Shown: piece after piece, positions 50,301 to 61,381 of the stretch
How the letters are laid out: every line of letters begins with the position of its first letter
How positions within the stretch are numbered: the first letter of the stretch is position 1
Assembly (NCBI GenBank): GCA_025558095.1
Contig: JAIVFI010000012.1
Coordinates: 434,001-498,000 of the forward strand
Reading direction: 5' to 3'
DNA from: Hyaloraphidium curvatum SAG 235-1
Lineage: Eukaryota > Fungi > Monoblepharomycota
Length of the DNA stretch: 64,000 nt
Translations under genes and position numbers: made by a program
The notes under the pieces: generated by a model
Seen by the model: the letters and a program-made list of their open reading frames with translations, nothing else
What the model was told of the DNA's origin: nothing
The model's database searches: none

Positions 50301-53300
50301 AGGGCCATGCATGTCACTTGTCCCTGGTGCTTTCCCCGGCAAGGTACTCCTCCTTCGGCATCTCCACAATGAACGGGTTCCCATGTTGGCCCACTGCCTT
50401 GGCCTTCGTGTTGTAGCAGAGCTTGAGCTGCTGGAGGTCAGGACTCATCCCAGGCTGCTCCCTGATGTCACGGAGCCAGAGCCCATAAGCAGCGTTCATC
50501 TTGGCCTCTCTGCCATGCACATGGTCCTTGCTCCGGCCGGTTGAGGTCAGCTGATACCCCAGAAGCTTGAAGCTGTCAACCCTCTTCAGCTCCTGGTCCC
50601 TGTACATGAGCTTTACACGGTGAGGTATCTTCCTGGCCATCCACTCTGTCTTGCTGACGTTGATCTCCTTTGCATTGTCGCTTGAAGTTTCTTCTTTGCT
50701 TTGCTTTGCCCAGCTCTGCAGTTTGCCGCAACGTGTCCCGACTTGCCACATGTGAAGCAAAGGTTCTCGTCGCGACGCTCCATGTACTCCTCTTGGCTCA
50801 GATCGAAGCCTCGATTTCCTTCTTCATGGCGGCCTTGGTCGTTGTCATGACCATTACCGCTTCCCCAACAAGATGAAGAACAGAACAGCGACGAGAGGGG
50901 AACCGTGTTTCACTCCAGTCAGGAACTTCATGAAGTCCGACTTGGTCCCATCCTCATCCCAGAGCCTTCCCCACACCCGCCCGAACGCCATCTCAAACAC
51001 GTCAACAACCTGTTTGGGTACACCCATCTGCTCCAGTTTCTTCCACAACCTCGGGCACTCCACCGTGTCAAAAGCCTTTGTGAAATCTACAAACACCATA
51101 ATCGGCTTCTCCTTGCGTGCCTTGGCCAAGGAGAAGAGCGCCTCAGCGAGGAACACTGCATGAAGGGTGGACCTCCGTACCCGGAATCCAAACTGCGAGC
51201 CCTTCCAGCATCGCAGCTTGTTGCACTGAGCCCAGGGAGCTAGCCGAGCATTCCAGACCAGGGAAAAGACCTTCTCCAGGGTCCTCTCTATGCTGATACC
51301 CTGGTAGTTGTTGCCAGCCACGTTCTTGGGCCCCTTCTTGTGTAGCACAACCAGCTGTGTCTGGCCCCAGTCTCGCATGTTGACGCCATTGAGCACGTTG
51401 TTGAGCAGATCGACAACAGCTTGTTTCAGCACAGTGGTCCCGTAATTGACGAAGAAGAAGAATAGTATTGGTGACCCTGACCTGCCCCTGGCTTGGCCGC
51501 TGTTACACCATGAGTTTGCTGCTAATTGCAAAGTTCATCGTCGTCGTGTGTCTTTTTCATTTTCCCAGTTTTCCTGTCCTTCATGGACTTTGAGATGAAG
51601 CTGGCAATGGAGTTGAGGGCCTTCTCCTTCTGCCGCCTTGCTTTGATCGTGGGCTCGAACTCCTTGATGCTAAGAGCCCAGAGCCAGGTCTCCATGTTCC
51701 ACTCGCGGCCTAGTGCTTCCAATCTAGTCTGCAGCTTCTGGCGCCGCTCCGCATTTGCTGAACAGTGAAACAGAAAGTGTTATTCGTCTCCAATGTGCTC
51801 AGGGTCATGCTTGCACGTTCTCTGCTGCACCTCAAGTCCTTGGTGCCTGCCTGTCTCCACCTCCAGGTCGTGGGTAGAGCACAGCAACTTTTGGACATCC
51901 CTCCGGTGCTTCTCCACCCGGATTAGGGATGGTCCGATGTGGCCAAAGGTCATGTCACACATCCTCCAAAAGTGCAGTTTGTCGTTGTCCTTGAGCCTCT
52001 GGGCATTGATCTCCCTGAACTTGCCCTTCACAAGATTCTCCACAGTCTTCTTGGGCCATGAGAAAGTGTCCTTCTCCCACATCTCCCTCCCATCTTCGCC
52101 GCCATAGTATACAAGTAGTTCCCTCAGGAAGGCAGCCCAGTTCCAGGACCCCTTCAGTGCCTCGATCTTGAGCTCTTTGTAAAGAAGGTACAGCGCAGGA
52201 TCCGCTGTTTTGATGCGCATGAGGAACTTGGGAGCCGACTCATGGTCATGAACTGCAAGAGGGTACTGGCCAGTGATCGCGTACAGACAAGCCAGGGAGG
52301 TAGACGTGGGCCAATGAGTGACAGCACGAAGGGCCATGCATGTCACTTGTCCCTGGTGCTTTCCCCGGCAAGGTACTCCTCCTTCGGCATCTCCACAATG
52401 AACGGGTTCCCATATTGCCCACTGCCTTGGCCTTCGTGTTGTAGCAGAGCTTGAGCTGCTGGAGGTCAGGACTCATCCCAGGCTGCTCCCTGATGTCACG
52501 GAGCCAGAGCCCATAAGCAGCGTTCATCTTGGCCTCTCTGCCATGCACATGGTCCTTGCTCCGGCCGGTTGAGGTCAGCTGATACCCCAGAAGCTTGAAG
52601 CTGTCAACCCTCTTCAGCTCCTGGTCCCTGTACATGAGCTTTACACGGTGAGGTATCTTCCTGGCCATCCACTCTGTCTTGCTGACGTTGATCTCCTTTG
52701 CATTGTCGCTTGAAGTTTCTTCTTTGCTTTGCTTTGCCCAGCTCTGCAGTTTGCCGCAACGTGTCCCGACTTGCCACATGTGAAGCAAAGGTTCTCGTCG
52801 CGACGCTCCATGTACTCCTCTTGGCTCAGATCGAAGCCTCGATTTCCTTCTTCATGGCGGCCTTGGTCGTTGTCATGACCATTACCGCTTCCCCAACAAG
52901 ATGAAGAACAGAACAGCGACGAGAGGGGAACCGTGTTTCACTCCAGTCAGGAACTTCATGAAGTCCGACTTGGTCCCATCCTCATCCCAGAGCCTTCCCC
53001 ACACCCGCCCGAACGCCATCTCAAACACGTCAACAACCTGTTTGGGTACACCCATCTGCTCCAGTTTCTTCCACAACCTCGGGCACTCCACCGTGTCAAA
53101 AGCCTTTGTGAAATCTACAAACACCATAATCGGCTTCTCCTTGCGTGCCTTGGCCAAGGAGAAGAGCGCCTCAGCGAGGAACACTGCATGAAGGGTGGAC
53201 CTCCGTACCCGGAATCCAAACTGCGAGCCTTCCAGCATCGCAGCTTGTTGCACTGAGCCCAGGGAGCTAGCCGAGCATTCCAGACCAGGGAAAAGACCTT

Positions 53301-56300
53301 CTCCAGGGTCCTCTCTATGCTGATACCCTGGTAGTTGTTGCCAGCCACGTTCTTGGGCCCCTTCTTGTGTAGCACAACCAGCTGTGTCTGGCCCCAGTCT
53401 CGCATGTTGACGCCATTGAGCACGTTGTTGAGCAGATCGACAACAGCTTGTTTCAGCACAGTGGTCCCGTAATTGACGAAGAAGAAGAATAGTATTGGTG
53501 ACCCTGACCTGCCCCTGGCTTGGCCGCTGTTACACCATGAGTTTGCTGCTAATTGCAAAGTTCATCGTCGTCGTGTGTCTTTTTCATTTTCCCAGTTTTC
53601 CTGTCCTTCATGGACTTTGAGATGAAGCTGGCAATGGAGTTGAGGGCCTTCTCCTTCTGCCGCCTTGCTTTGATCGTGGGCTCGAACTCCTTGATGCTAA
53701 GAGCCCAGAGCCAGGTCTCCATGTTCCACTCGCGGCCTAGTGCTTCCAATCTAGTCTGCAGCTTCTGGCGCCGCTCCGCATTTGCTGAACAGTGAAACAG
53801 AAAGTGTTATTCGTCTCCAATGTGCTCAGGGTCATGCTTGCACGTTCTCTGCTGCACCTCAAGTCCTTGGTGCCTGCCTGTCTCCACCTCCAGGTCGTGG
53901 GTAGAGCACAGCAACTTTTGGACATCCCTCCGGTGTTTCTCCACCCGGATTAGGGATGGTCCGATGTGGCCAAAGGTCATGTCACACATCCTCCAAAAGT
54001 GCAGTTTGTCGTTGTCCTTGAGCCTCTGGGCATTGATCTCCCTGAACTTGCCCTTCACAAGATTCTCCACAGTCTTCTTGGGCCATGAGAAAGTGTCCTT
54101 CTCCCACATCTCCCTCCCATCTTCGCCGCCATAGTATACAAGTAGTTCCCTCAGGAAGGCAGCCCAGTTCCAGGACCCCTTCAGTGCCTCGATCTTGAGC
54201 TCTTTGTAAAGAAGGTACAGCGCAGGATCCGCTGTTTTGATGCGCATGAGGAACTTGGGAGCCGACTCATGGTCATGAACTGCAAGAGGGTACTGGCCAG
54301 TGATCGCGTACAGACAAGCCAGGGAGGTAGACGTGGGCCAATGAGTGACAGCACGAAGGGCCATGCATGTCACTTGTCCCTGGTGCTTTCCCCGGCAAGG
54401 TACTCCTCCTTCGGCATCTCCACAATGAACGGGTTCCCATATTGGCCCACTGCCTTGGCCTTCGTGTTGTAGCAGAGCTTGAGCTGCTGGAGGTCAGGAC
54501 TCATCCCAGGCTGCTCCCTGATGTCACGGAGCCAGAGCCCATAAGCAGCGTTCATCTTGGCCTCTCTGCCATGCACATGGTCCTTGCTCCGGCCGGTTGA
54601 GGTCAGCTGATACCCCAGAAGCTTGAAGCTGTCAACCCTCTTCAGCTCCTGGTCCCTGTACATGAGCTTTACACGGTGAGGTATCTTCCTGGCCATCCAC
54701 TCTGTCTTGCTGACGTTGATCTCCTTTGCATTGTCGCTTGAAGTTTCTTCTTTGCTTTGCTTTGCCCAGCTCTGCAGTTTGCCGCAACGTGTCCCGACTT
54801 GCCACATGTGAAGCAAAGGTTCTCGTCGCGACGCTCCATGTACTCCTCTTGGCTCAGATCGAAGCCTCGATTTCCTTCTTCATGGCGGCCTTGGTCGTTG
54901 TCATGACCATTACCGCTTCCCCAACAAGATGAAGAACAGAACAGCGACGAGAGGGGAACCGTGTTTCACTCCAGTCAGGAACTTCATGAAGTCCGACTTG
55001 GTCCCATCCTCATCCCAGAGCCTTCCCCACACCCGCCCGAACGCCATCTCAAACACGTCAACAACCTGTTTGGGTACACCCATCTGCTCCAGTTTCTTCC
55101 ACAACCTCGGGCACTCCACCGTGTCAAAAGCCTTTGTGAAATCTACAAACACCATAATCGGCTTCTCCTTGCGTGCCTTGGCCAAGGAGAAGAGCGCCTC
55201 AGCGAGGAACACTGCATGAAGGGTGGACCTCCGTACCCGGAATCCAAACTGCGAGCCTTCCAGCATCGCAGCTTGTTGCACTGAGCCCAGGGAGCTAGCC
55301 GAGCATTCCAGACCAGGGAAAAGACCTTCTCCAGGGTCCTCTCTATGCTGATACCCTGGTAGTTGTTGCCAGCCACGTTCTTGGGCCCCTTCTTGTGTAG
55401 CACAACCAGCTGTGTCTGGCCCCAGTCTCGCATGTTGACGCCATTGAGCACGTTGTTGAGCAGATCGACAACAGCTTGTTTCAGCACAGTGGTCCCGTAA
55501 TTGACGAAGAAGAAGAATAGTATTGGTGACCCTGACCTGCCCCTGGCTTGGCCGCTGTTACACCATGAGTTTGCTGCTAATTGCAAAGTTCATCGTCGTC
55601 GTGTGTCTTTTTCATTTTCCCAGTTTTCCTGTCCTTCATGGACTTTGAGATGAAGCTGGCAATGGAGTTGAGGGCCTTCTCCTTCTGCCGCCTTGCTTTG
55701 ATCGTGGGCTCGAACTCCTTGATGCTAAGAGCCCAGAGCCAGGTCTCCATGTTCCACTCGCGGCCTAGTGCTTCCAATCTAGTCTGCAGCTTCTGGCGCC
55801 GCTCCGCATTTGCTGAACAGTGAAACAGAAAGTGTTATTCGTCTCCAATGTGCTCAGGGTCATGCTTGCACGTTCTCTGCTGCACCTCAAGTCCTTGGTG
55901 CCTGCCTGTCTCCACCTCCAGGTCGTGGGTAGAGCACAGCAACTTTTGGACATCCCTCCGGTGTTTCTCCACCCGGATTAGGGATGGTCCGATGTGGCCA
56001 AAGGTCATGTCACACATCCTCCAAAAGTGCAGTTTGTCGTTGTCCTTGAGCCTCTGGGCATTGATCTCCCTGAACTTGCCCTTCACAAGATTCTCCACAG
56101 TCTTCTTGGGCCATGAGAAAGTGTCCTTCTCCCACATCTCCCTCCCATCTTCGCCGCCATAGTATACAAGTAGTTCCCTCAGGAAGGCAGCCCAGTTCCA
56201 GGACCCCTTCAGTGCCTCGATCTTGAGCTCTTTGTAAAGAAGGTACAGCGCAGGATCCGCTGTTTTGATGCGCATGAGGAACTTGGGAGCCGACTCATGG

Positions 56301-58265
56301 TCATGAACTGCAAGAGGGTACTGGCCAGTGATCGCGTACAGACAAGCCAGGGAGGTAGACGTGGGCCAATGAGTGACAGCACGAAGGGCCATGCATGTCA
56401 CTTGTCCCTGGTGCTTTCCCCGGCAAGGTACTCCTCCTTCGGCATCTCCACAATGAACGGGTTCCCATATTGGCCCACTGCCTTGGCCTTCGTGTTGTAG
56501 CAGAGCTTGAGCTGCTGGAGGTCAGGACTCATCCCAGGCTGCTCCCTGATGTCACGGAGCCAGAGCCCATAAGCAGCGTTCATCTTGGCCTCTCTGCCAT
56601 GCACATGGTCCTTGCTCCGGCCGGTTGAGGTCAGCTGATACCCCAGAAGCTTGAAGCTGTCAACCCTCTTCAGCTCCTGGTCCCTGTACATGAGCTTTAC
56701 ACGGTGAGGTATCTTCCTGGCCATCCACTCTGTCTTGCTGACGTTGATCTCCTTTGCATTGTCGCTTGAAGTTTCTTCTTTGCTTTGCTTTGCCCAGCTC
56801 TGCAGTTTGCCGCAACGTGTCCCGACTTGCCACATGTGAAGCAAAGGTTCTCGTCGCGACGCTCCATGTACTCCTCTTGGCTCAGATCGAAGCCTCGATT
56901 TCCTTCTTCATGGCGGCCTTGGTCGTTGTCATGACCATTACCGCTTCCCCAACAAGATGAAGAACAGAACAGCGACGAGAGGGGAACCGTGTTTCACTCC
57001 AGTCAGGAACTTCATGAAGTCCGACTTGGTCCCATCCTCATCCCAGAGCCTTCCCCACACCCGCCCGAACGCCATCTCAAACACGTCAACAACCTGTTTG
57101 GGTACACCCATCTGCTCCAGTTTCTTCCACAACCTCGGGCACTCCACCGTGTCAAAAGCCTTTGTGAAATCTACAAACACCATAATCGGCTTCTCCTTGC
57201 GTGCCTTGGCCAAGGAGAAGAGCGCCTCAGCGAGGAACACTGCATGAAGGGTGGACCTCCGTACCCGGAATCCAAACTGCGAGCCTTCCAGCATCGCAGC
57301 TTGTTGCACTGAGCCCAGGGAGCTAGCCGAGCATTCCAGACCAGGGAAAAGACCTTCTCCAGGGTCCTCTCTATGCTGATACCCTGGTAGTTGTTGCCAG
57401 CCACGTTCTTGGGCCCCTTCTTGTGTAGCACAACCAGCTGTGTCTGGCCCCAGTCTCGCATGTTGACGCCATTGAGCACGTTGTTGAGCAGATCGACAAC
57501 AGCTTGTTTCAGCACAGTGGTCCCGTAATTGACGAAGAAGAAGAATAGTATTGGTGACCCTGACCTGCCCCTGGCTTGGCCGCTGTTACACCATGAGTTT
57601 GCTGCTAATTGCAAAGTTCATCGTCGTCGTGTGTCTTTTTCATTTTCCCAGTTTTCCTGTCCTTCATGGACTTTGAGATGAAGCTGGCAATGGAGTTGAG
57701 GGCCTTCTCCTTCTGCCGCCTTGCTTTGATCGTGGGCTCGAACTCCTTGATGCTAAGAGCCCAGAGCCAGGTCTCCATGTTCCACTCGCGGCCTAGTGCT
57801 TCCAATCTAGTCTGCAGCTTCTGGCGCCGCTCCGCATTTGCTGAACAGTGAAACAGAAAGTGTTATTCGTCTCCAATGTGCTCAGGGTCATGCTTGCACG
57901 TTCTCTGCTGCACCTCAAGTCCTTGGTGCCTGCCTGTCTCCACCTCCAGGTCGTGGGTAGAGCACAGCAACTTTTGGACATCCCTCCGGTGCTTCTCCAC
58001 CCGGATTAGGGATGGTCCGATGTGGCCAAAGGTCATGTCACACATCCTCCAAAAGTGCAGTTTGTCGTTGTCCTTGAGCCTCTGGGCATTGATCTCCCTG
58101 AACTTGCCCTTCACAAGATTCTCCACAGTCTTCTTGGGCCATGAGAAAGTGTCCTTCTCCCACATCTCCCTCCCATCTTCGCCGCCATAGTATACAAGTA
58201 GTTCCCTCAGGAAGGCAGCCCAGTTCCAGGACCCCTTCAGTGCCTCGATCTTGAGCTCTTTGTAA
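47253..58265 (-). repeat. Tandem array of ~2028-bp near-identical chimeric LINE-derived units (~5.4 periods)
   Basis: (GAA)4 junction recurs at 47393, 49422, 51451, 53478, 55506, 57534 (periods 2029, 2029, 2027, 2028, 2028); ORF track repeats. Confidence 0.97.
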
Positions 58266-60222
58266 AGTAGGTACAGCGCAGGATCCGCTGTTTTGATGCG
58301 CATGAGGAACTTGAGTGCCGACTCGTGGTCATGAACTGCAAGGGGGTACTGGCCAGTGATCGCATACAGACAGGCCAGGGAGGTAGACTTGGGCAGATGA
58401 GTGACGGCACGAAGAGCCATGCATGTCACTTTGTCCCTGGTGCTTTCCCCGGCAAGGTACTCCTCCTTCGGCATCTCAACAATGAACGGGTTCCCATATT
58501 GGCCCACTGCCTTGACCTTTGTGTTGTAGAGCTTGAGCTGGAGGTCAGGACTCATCCCAGGCTGCTCCCTGAAGTCGCGGAGCCAGAGCCCATAAGCAGC
58601 GTTCATCTTGGCCTCTCTGCCATGCACATGGTCCTTGCTCCGGCCGGTTGAGGTCAGCTGATACCCCAGAAGCTTGAAGCTGTCAACCCTCTTCAGCTCC
58701 TGGTCCCTGTACATGAGCTTTACACGGTGAGGTATCCTCCTGGCCATCCACTCTGTCTTGCTGACGTTGATCTCCAGCCCATTGGCACTGGCATATGCAG
58801 ACAGAAGATCCAGCTGCATCTTGGCATCCTTCACCGTCTTCGAGATCAAAGTGGTGTCGTCTGCAAAGAACAGAGCTAGCAAGCTGACCATCCTCTCCTG
58901 ATCCTCTTCCTCCTCAGACACCATGCCCAGATCCATCCCTTTTGCACCATTGGCCTCCATGAAAGCAGTGATGTCGTTGATGAACAAGATGAAGAACAGC
59001 GACGAGAGAGGGTCCCCCTGCTTCACTCCGGTCAGGAACTTGATGAAGTCTGACTTGGTCCCATCTTCATCCCGGAGCCGTCCCCACACGCGCCCGAACG
59101 CCATCTCGAACATGTCAACAACCTGTTTGGGTACACCCATCTCCTCCAGTTTCTGCCATAACCTGGGGTGTTCCACCGTGTCAAAAGCCTTTGTGAAATC
59201 TACAAAGACCATGATCAGCTTCTCCTTGCGTGCCTTGGCCAGGGAGAAGAGTGCCTCGGCAAGGAACACTGCATGAAGGGTCGATCTCCGTGCACGGAAT
59301 CCAAACTGCGAGCCTTCCAGCAGCTTGTTGCACTCAGCCCAGGGAGCTAGCCGAGCGTTCCAGACCAGGGAGAAGACCTTCTCCAGCGTCCTCTCTATGC
59401 TGATGCCTCGGTAGTTGCCAGCCACGTTCTTGGGCCCCTTCTTGTGCAGCATCACCAGCAGTGTCTGGCCCCAGTCATCCATCTTGACGCCATTGAGCAC
59501 GTCGTTGAGGAGGTTGACAACAGCTTGCTTCAGTACTGCAGTCCCGTACTTGACGAACTCGAGCCGGATCCCATCCTCGTCCTTTGCCTTGCCGTTGGGG
59601 GCCTTCTTCAAGACCCTCTCCAGCTCCTTGAGGGTGATGGGGCGCAGCAGGTCTCCAGAAGGCGTGATCGTGGCCTTGGGAAGTGGTGGAAACGTGAGCC
59701 TTGGATCCTCCTCGATCTTGGTCACGTATTCGGCGCTGGCGACCATCTCCATGTGGCGCACCAGCTCTGCAAAGGGCACGGGGTTGCCCTTGCGCCTTGC
59801 GTGAGCCTTTCCAAGCAGCTGGTAGTACCCCTTAGGCTCTCGCCTGAAGAGTCGCTCTAGCAGCTTGGAGTTCTCTCGCTCAGCAACCCTCCGCATCCTC
59901 TTCTCCAACTTCTTCCGCTCCTTCTCCAGCTCCCGCGTCTTCCCCTGGTACTCCTTCTTCCACTCGTCCTTCTCCATGAGGGATCGCAGCTCAAGAAGGC
60001 GTGACAGCTTCCGATCGATCTCGGCCCTCTCTGCCGAGTCCGCAAAGCCGTTGAGGAACTTGTCCGCCTCTTCGTGTACGCTGACCTTGTCGTACTTCTT
60101 CTTTGCGACCTTGTTCACCGCTGCCATGATCTGGATGAGCCGGTTGCACTTGTCGGATCCAGCTTGAAGTTGCTCGTACTCTTGCATTGCCTCCTTGACC
60201 CAGGGCTCGTCGTAGAGGTTTC
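57534..60222 (-). mobile_element. 5'-truncated non-LTR retrotransposon (RTEX/RTE-like): RT, C-terminal zinc-finger region, 3' UTR stem-loop, (TTC)n tail
   Basis: NYRGISI, QFGFR, FVDFTKAFDTV, GVKQGDPLS, FADD, INVSKT, HDLEVETGR..RTC..DE*HFLFHC; endonuclease absent. Confidence 0.92.
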
Positions 60223-61236
60223 GATTGGTTTCTTTTGATGATTATTCATGTGGACGACTTTGGATGTAGCTCAACGGACGAAAAACGGACGATTGCATTT
60301 CTTGAGGAGCTGGGAAAGCGGATTAAGATACGTTACATGGGTCGCATGAAAAAGTTCCTGGCTTTGGAAATCAAGCAGGACGAGAAGGCTGGAACAATCA
60401 CAATCAAGCAGTCCAACTACATCAAGAAAGCCTTGGAGGACTTCGGAATGGACACTTGCAATGCAGTTTCTGTACCTATGGACGTTGGGGTGAAGCTCAG
60501 GAAACGGAAGACGGAGTTGTCTGCTGCTGAGGAGCAGGAAATCGGACGTTTTCCGTTCAGATCAATGGTGGGAAGTTGGATGTATGCTATGAACTTCACC
60601 AGGCCAGACATTGCCTTACCTATTATCACGGAGAGCCGTCATGGGATGGCACCTACTCGTGAAGCAGTGGAGCAAGTCAAGAAGACAACCAGATACTTGA
60701 AGGGAACAGCTGACTTTGGCTTGGTTTACAAGAGGGATCCGAATCTGGACATGACCAAAGCATTGCATGGATATGCAGACGCCAGTTTTGCTGGGGATCT
60801 TGACACTGGGAAGTCAACAACTGGGGTTGTAGTGATGATGGGGAACGGTCTTATCATCTACAAGTCGCAACTGCAACCAGTGGTGGCTCTTTCAACAACA
60901 GAGGCCGAGTACATGGCTCTATCTTATGCTGGACGTCAAGTTGCGTGGCTAAGGAGTTTATTGGAGGAATTGGGATTTCCTCAGCAAGGGCCAACAGTCA
61001 TCAAGGAGGACAATGAGGGGGCTATCAAGCTGGCGCAGAATCCTGTCTTTCACGAACGTACCAAGCACATTGGAGTGCAGTACCATTTTGTGAGGGAGAA
61101 AATTGATAGTGGAGAGATACAGCTGGAGTACATCAACACAGAGGACCAGCTTGCGGATCTCCTCACCAAACAGCTACCAAGGGAGAAGTTTCAACGTTTC
61201 AGGGCACTTATGGGAATTGTAGAGATTCGTGACTAA
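60223..61236 (+). mobile_element. Ty1/copia pol 3' fragment (RT from catalytic motif, plus RNase H)
   Basis: HVDD, TRPDIA, GYADASFAGD, VALSTTEAEY, EDNEGAI, HERTKHI, QLADLLTK. Confidence 0.95.
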
Positions 61237-61381
61237 CTTTGGGGATTTCTGGACACTTCTTGGGAATCTTGCAACGAGGGGGAGTGTTGGAATGGATCGT
61301 TGCTACGATTCTGTATCAATAGGGAGTCTATTGGCGTGTGGGGATACTTGGGTACGACCGGAGGGGTCATCTAGGGACTTG

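Noticed and set aside
57863-57865. TAA reassignment (alternative genetic code)
   Set aside because: TAA terminates BiP, URA3 and uL14m normally, and an older copy has GAG at this position.
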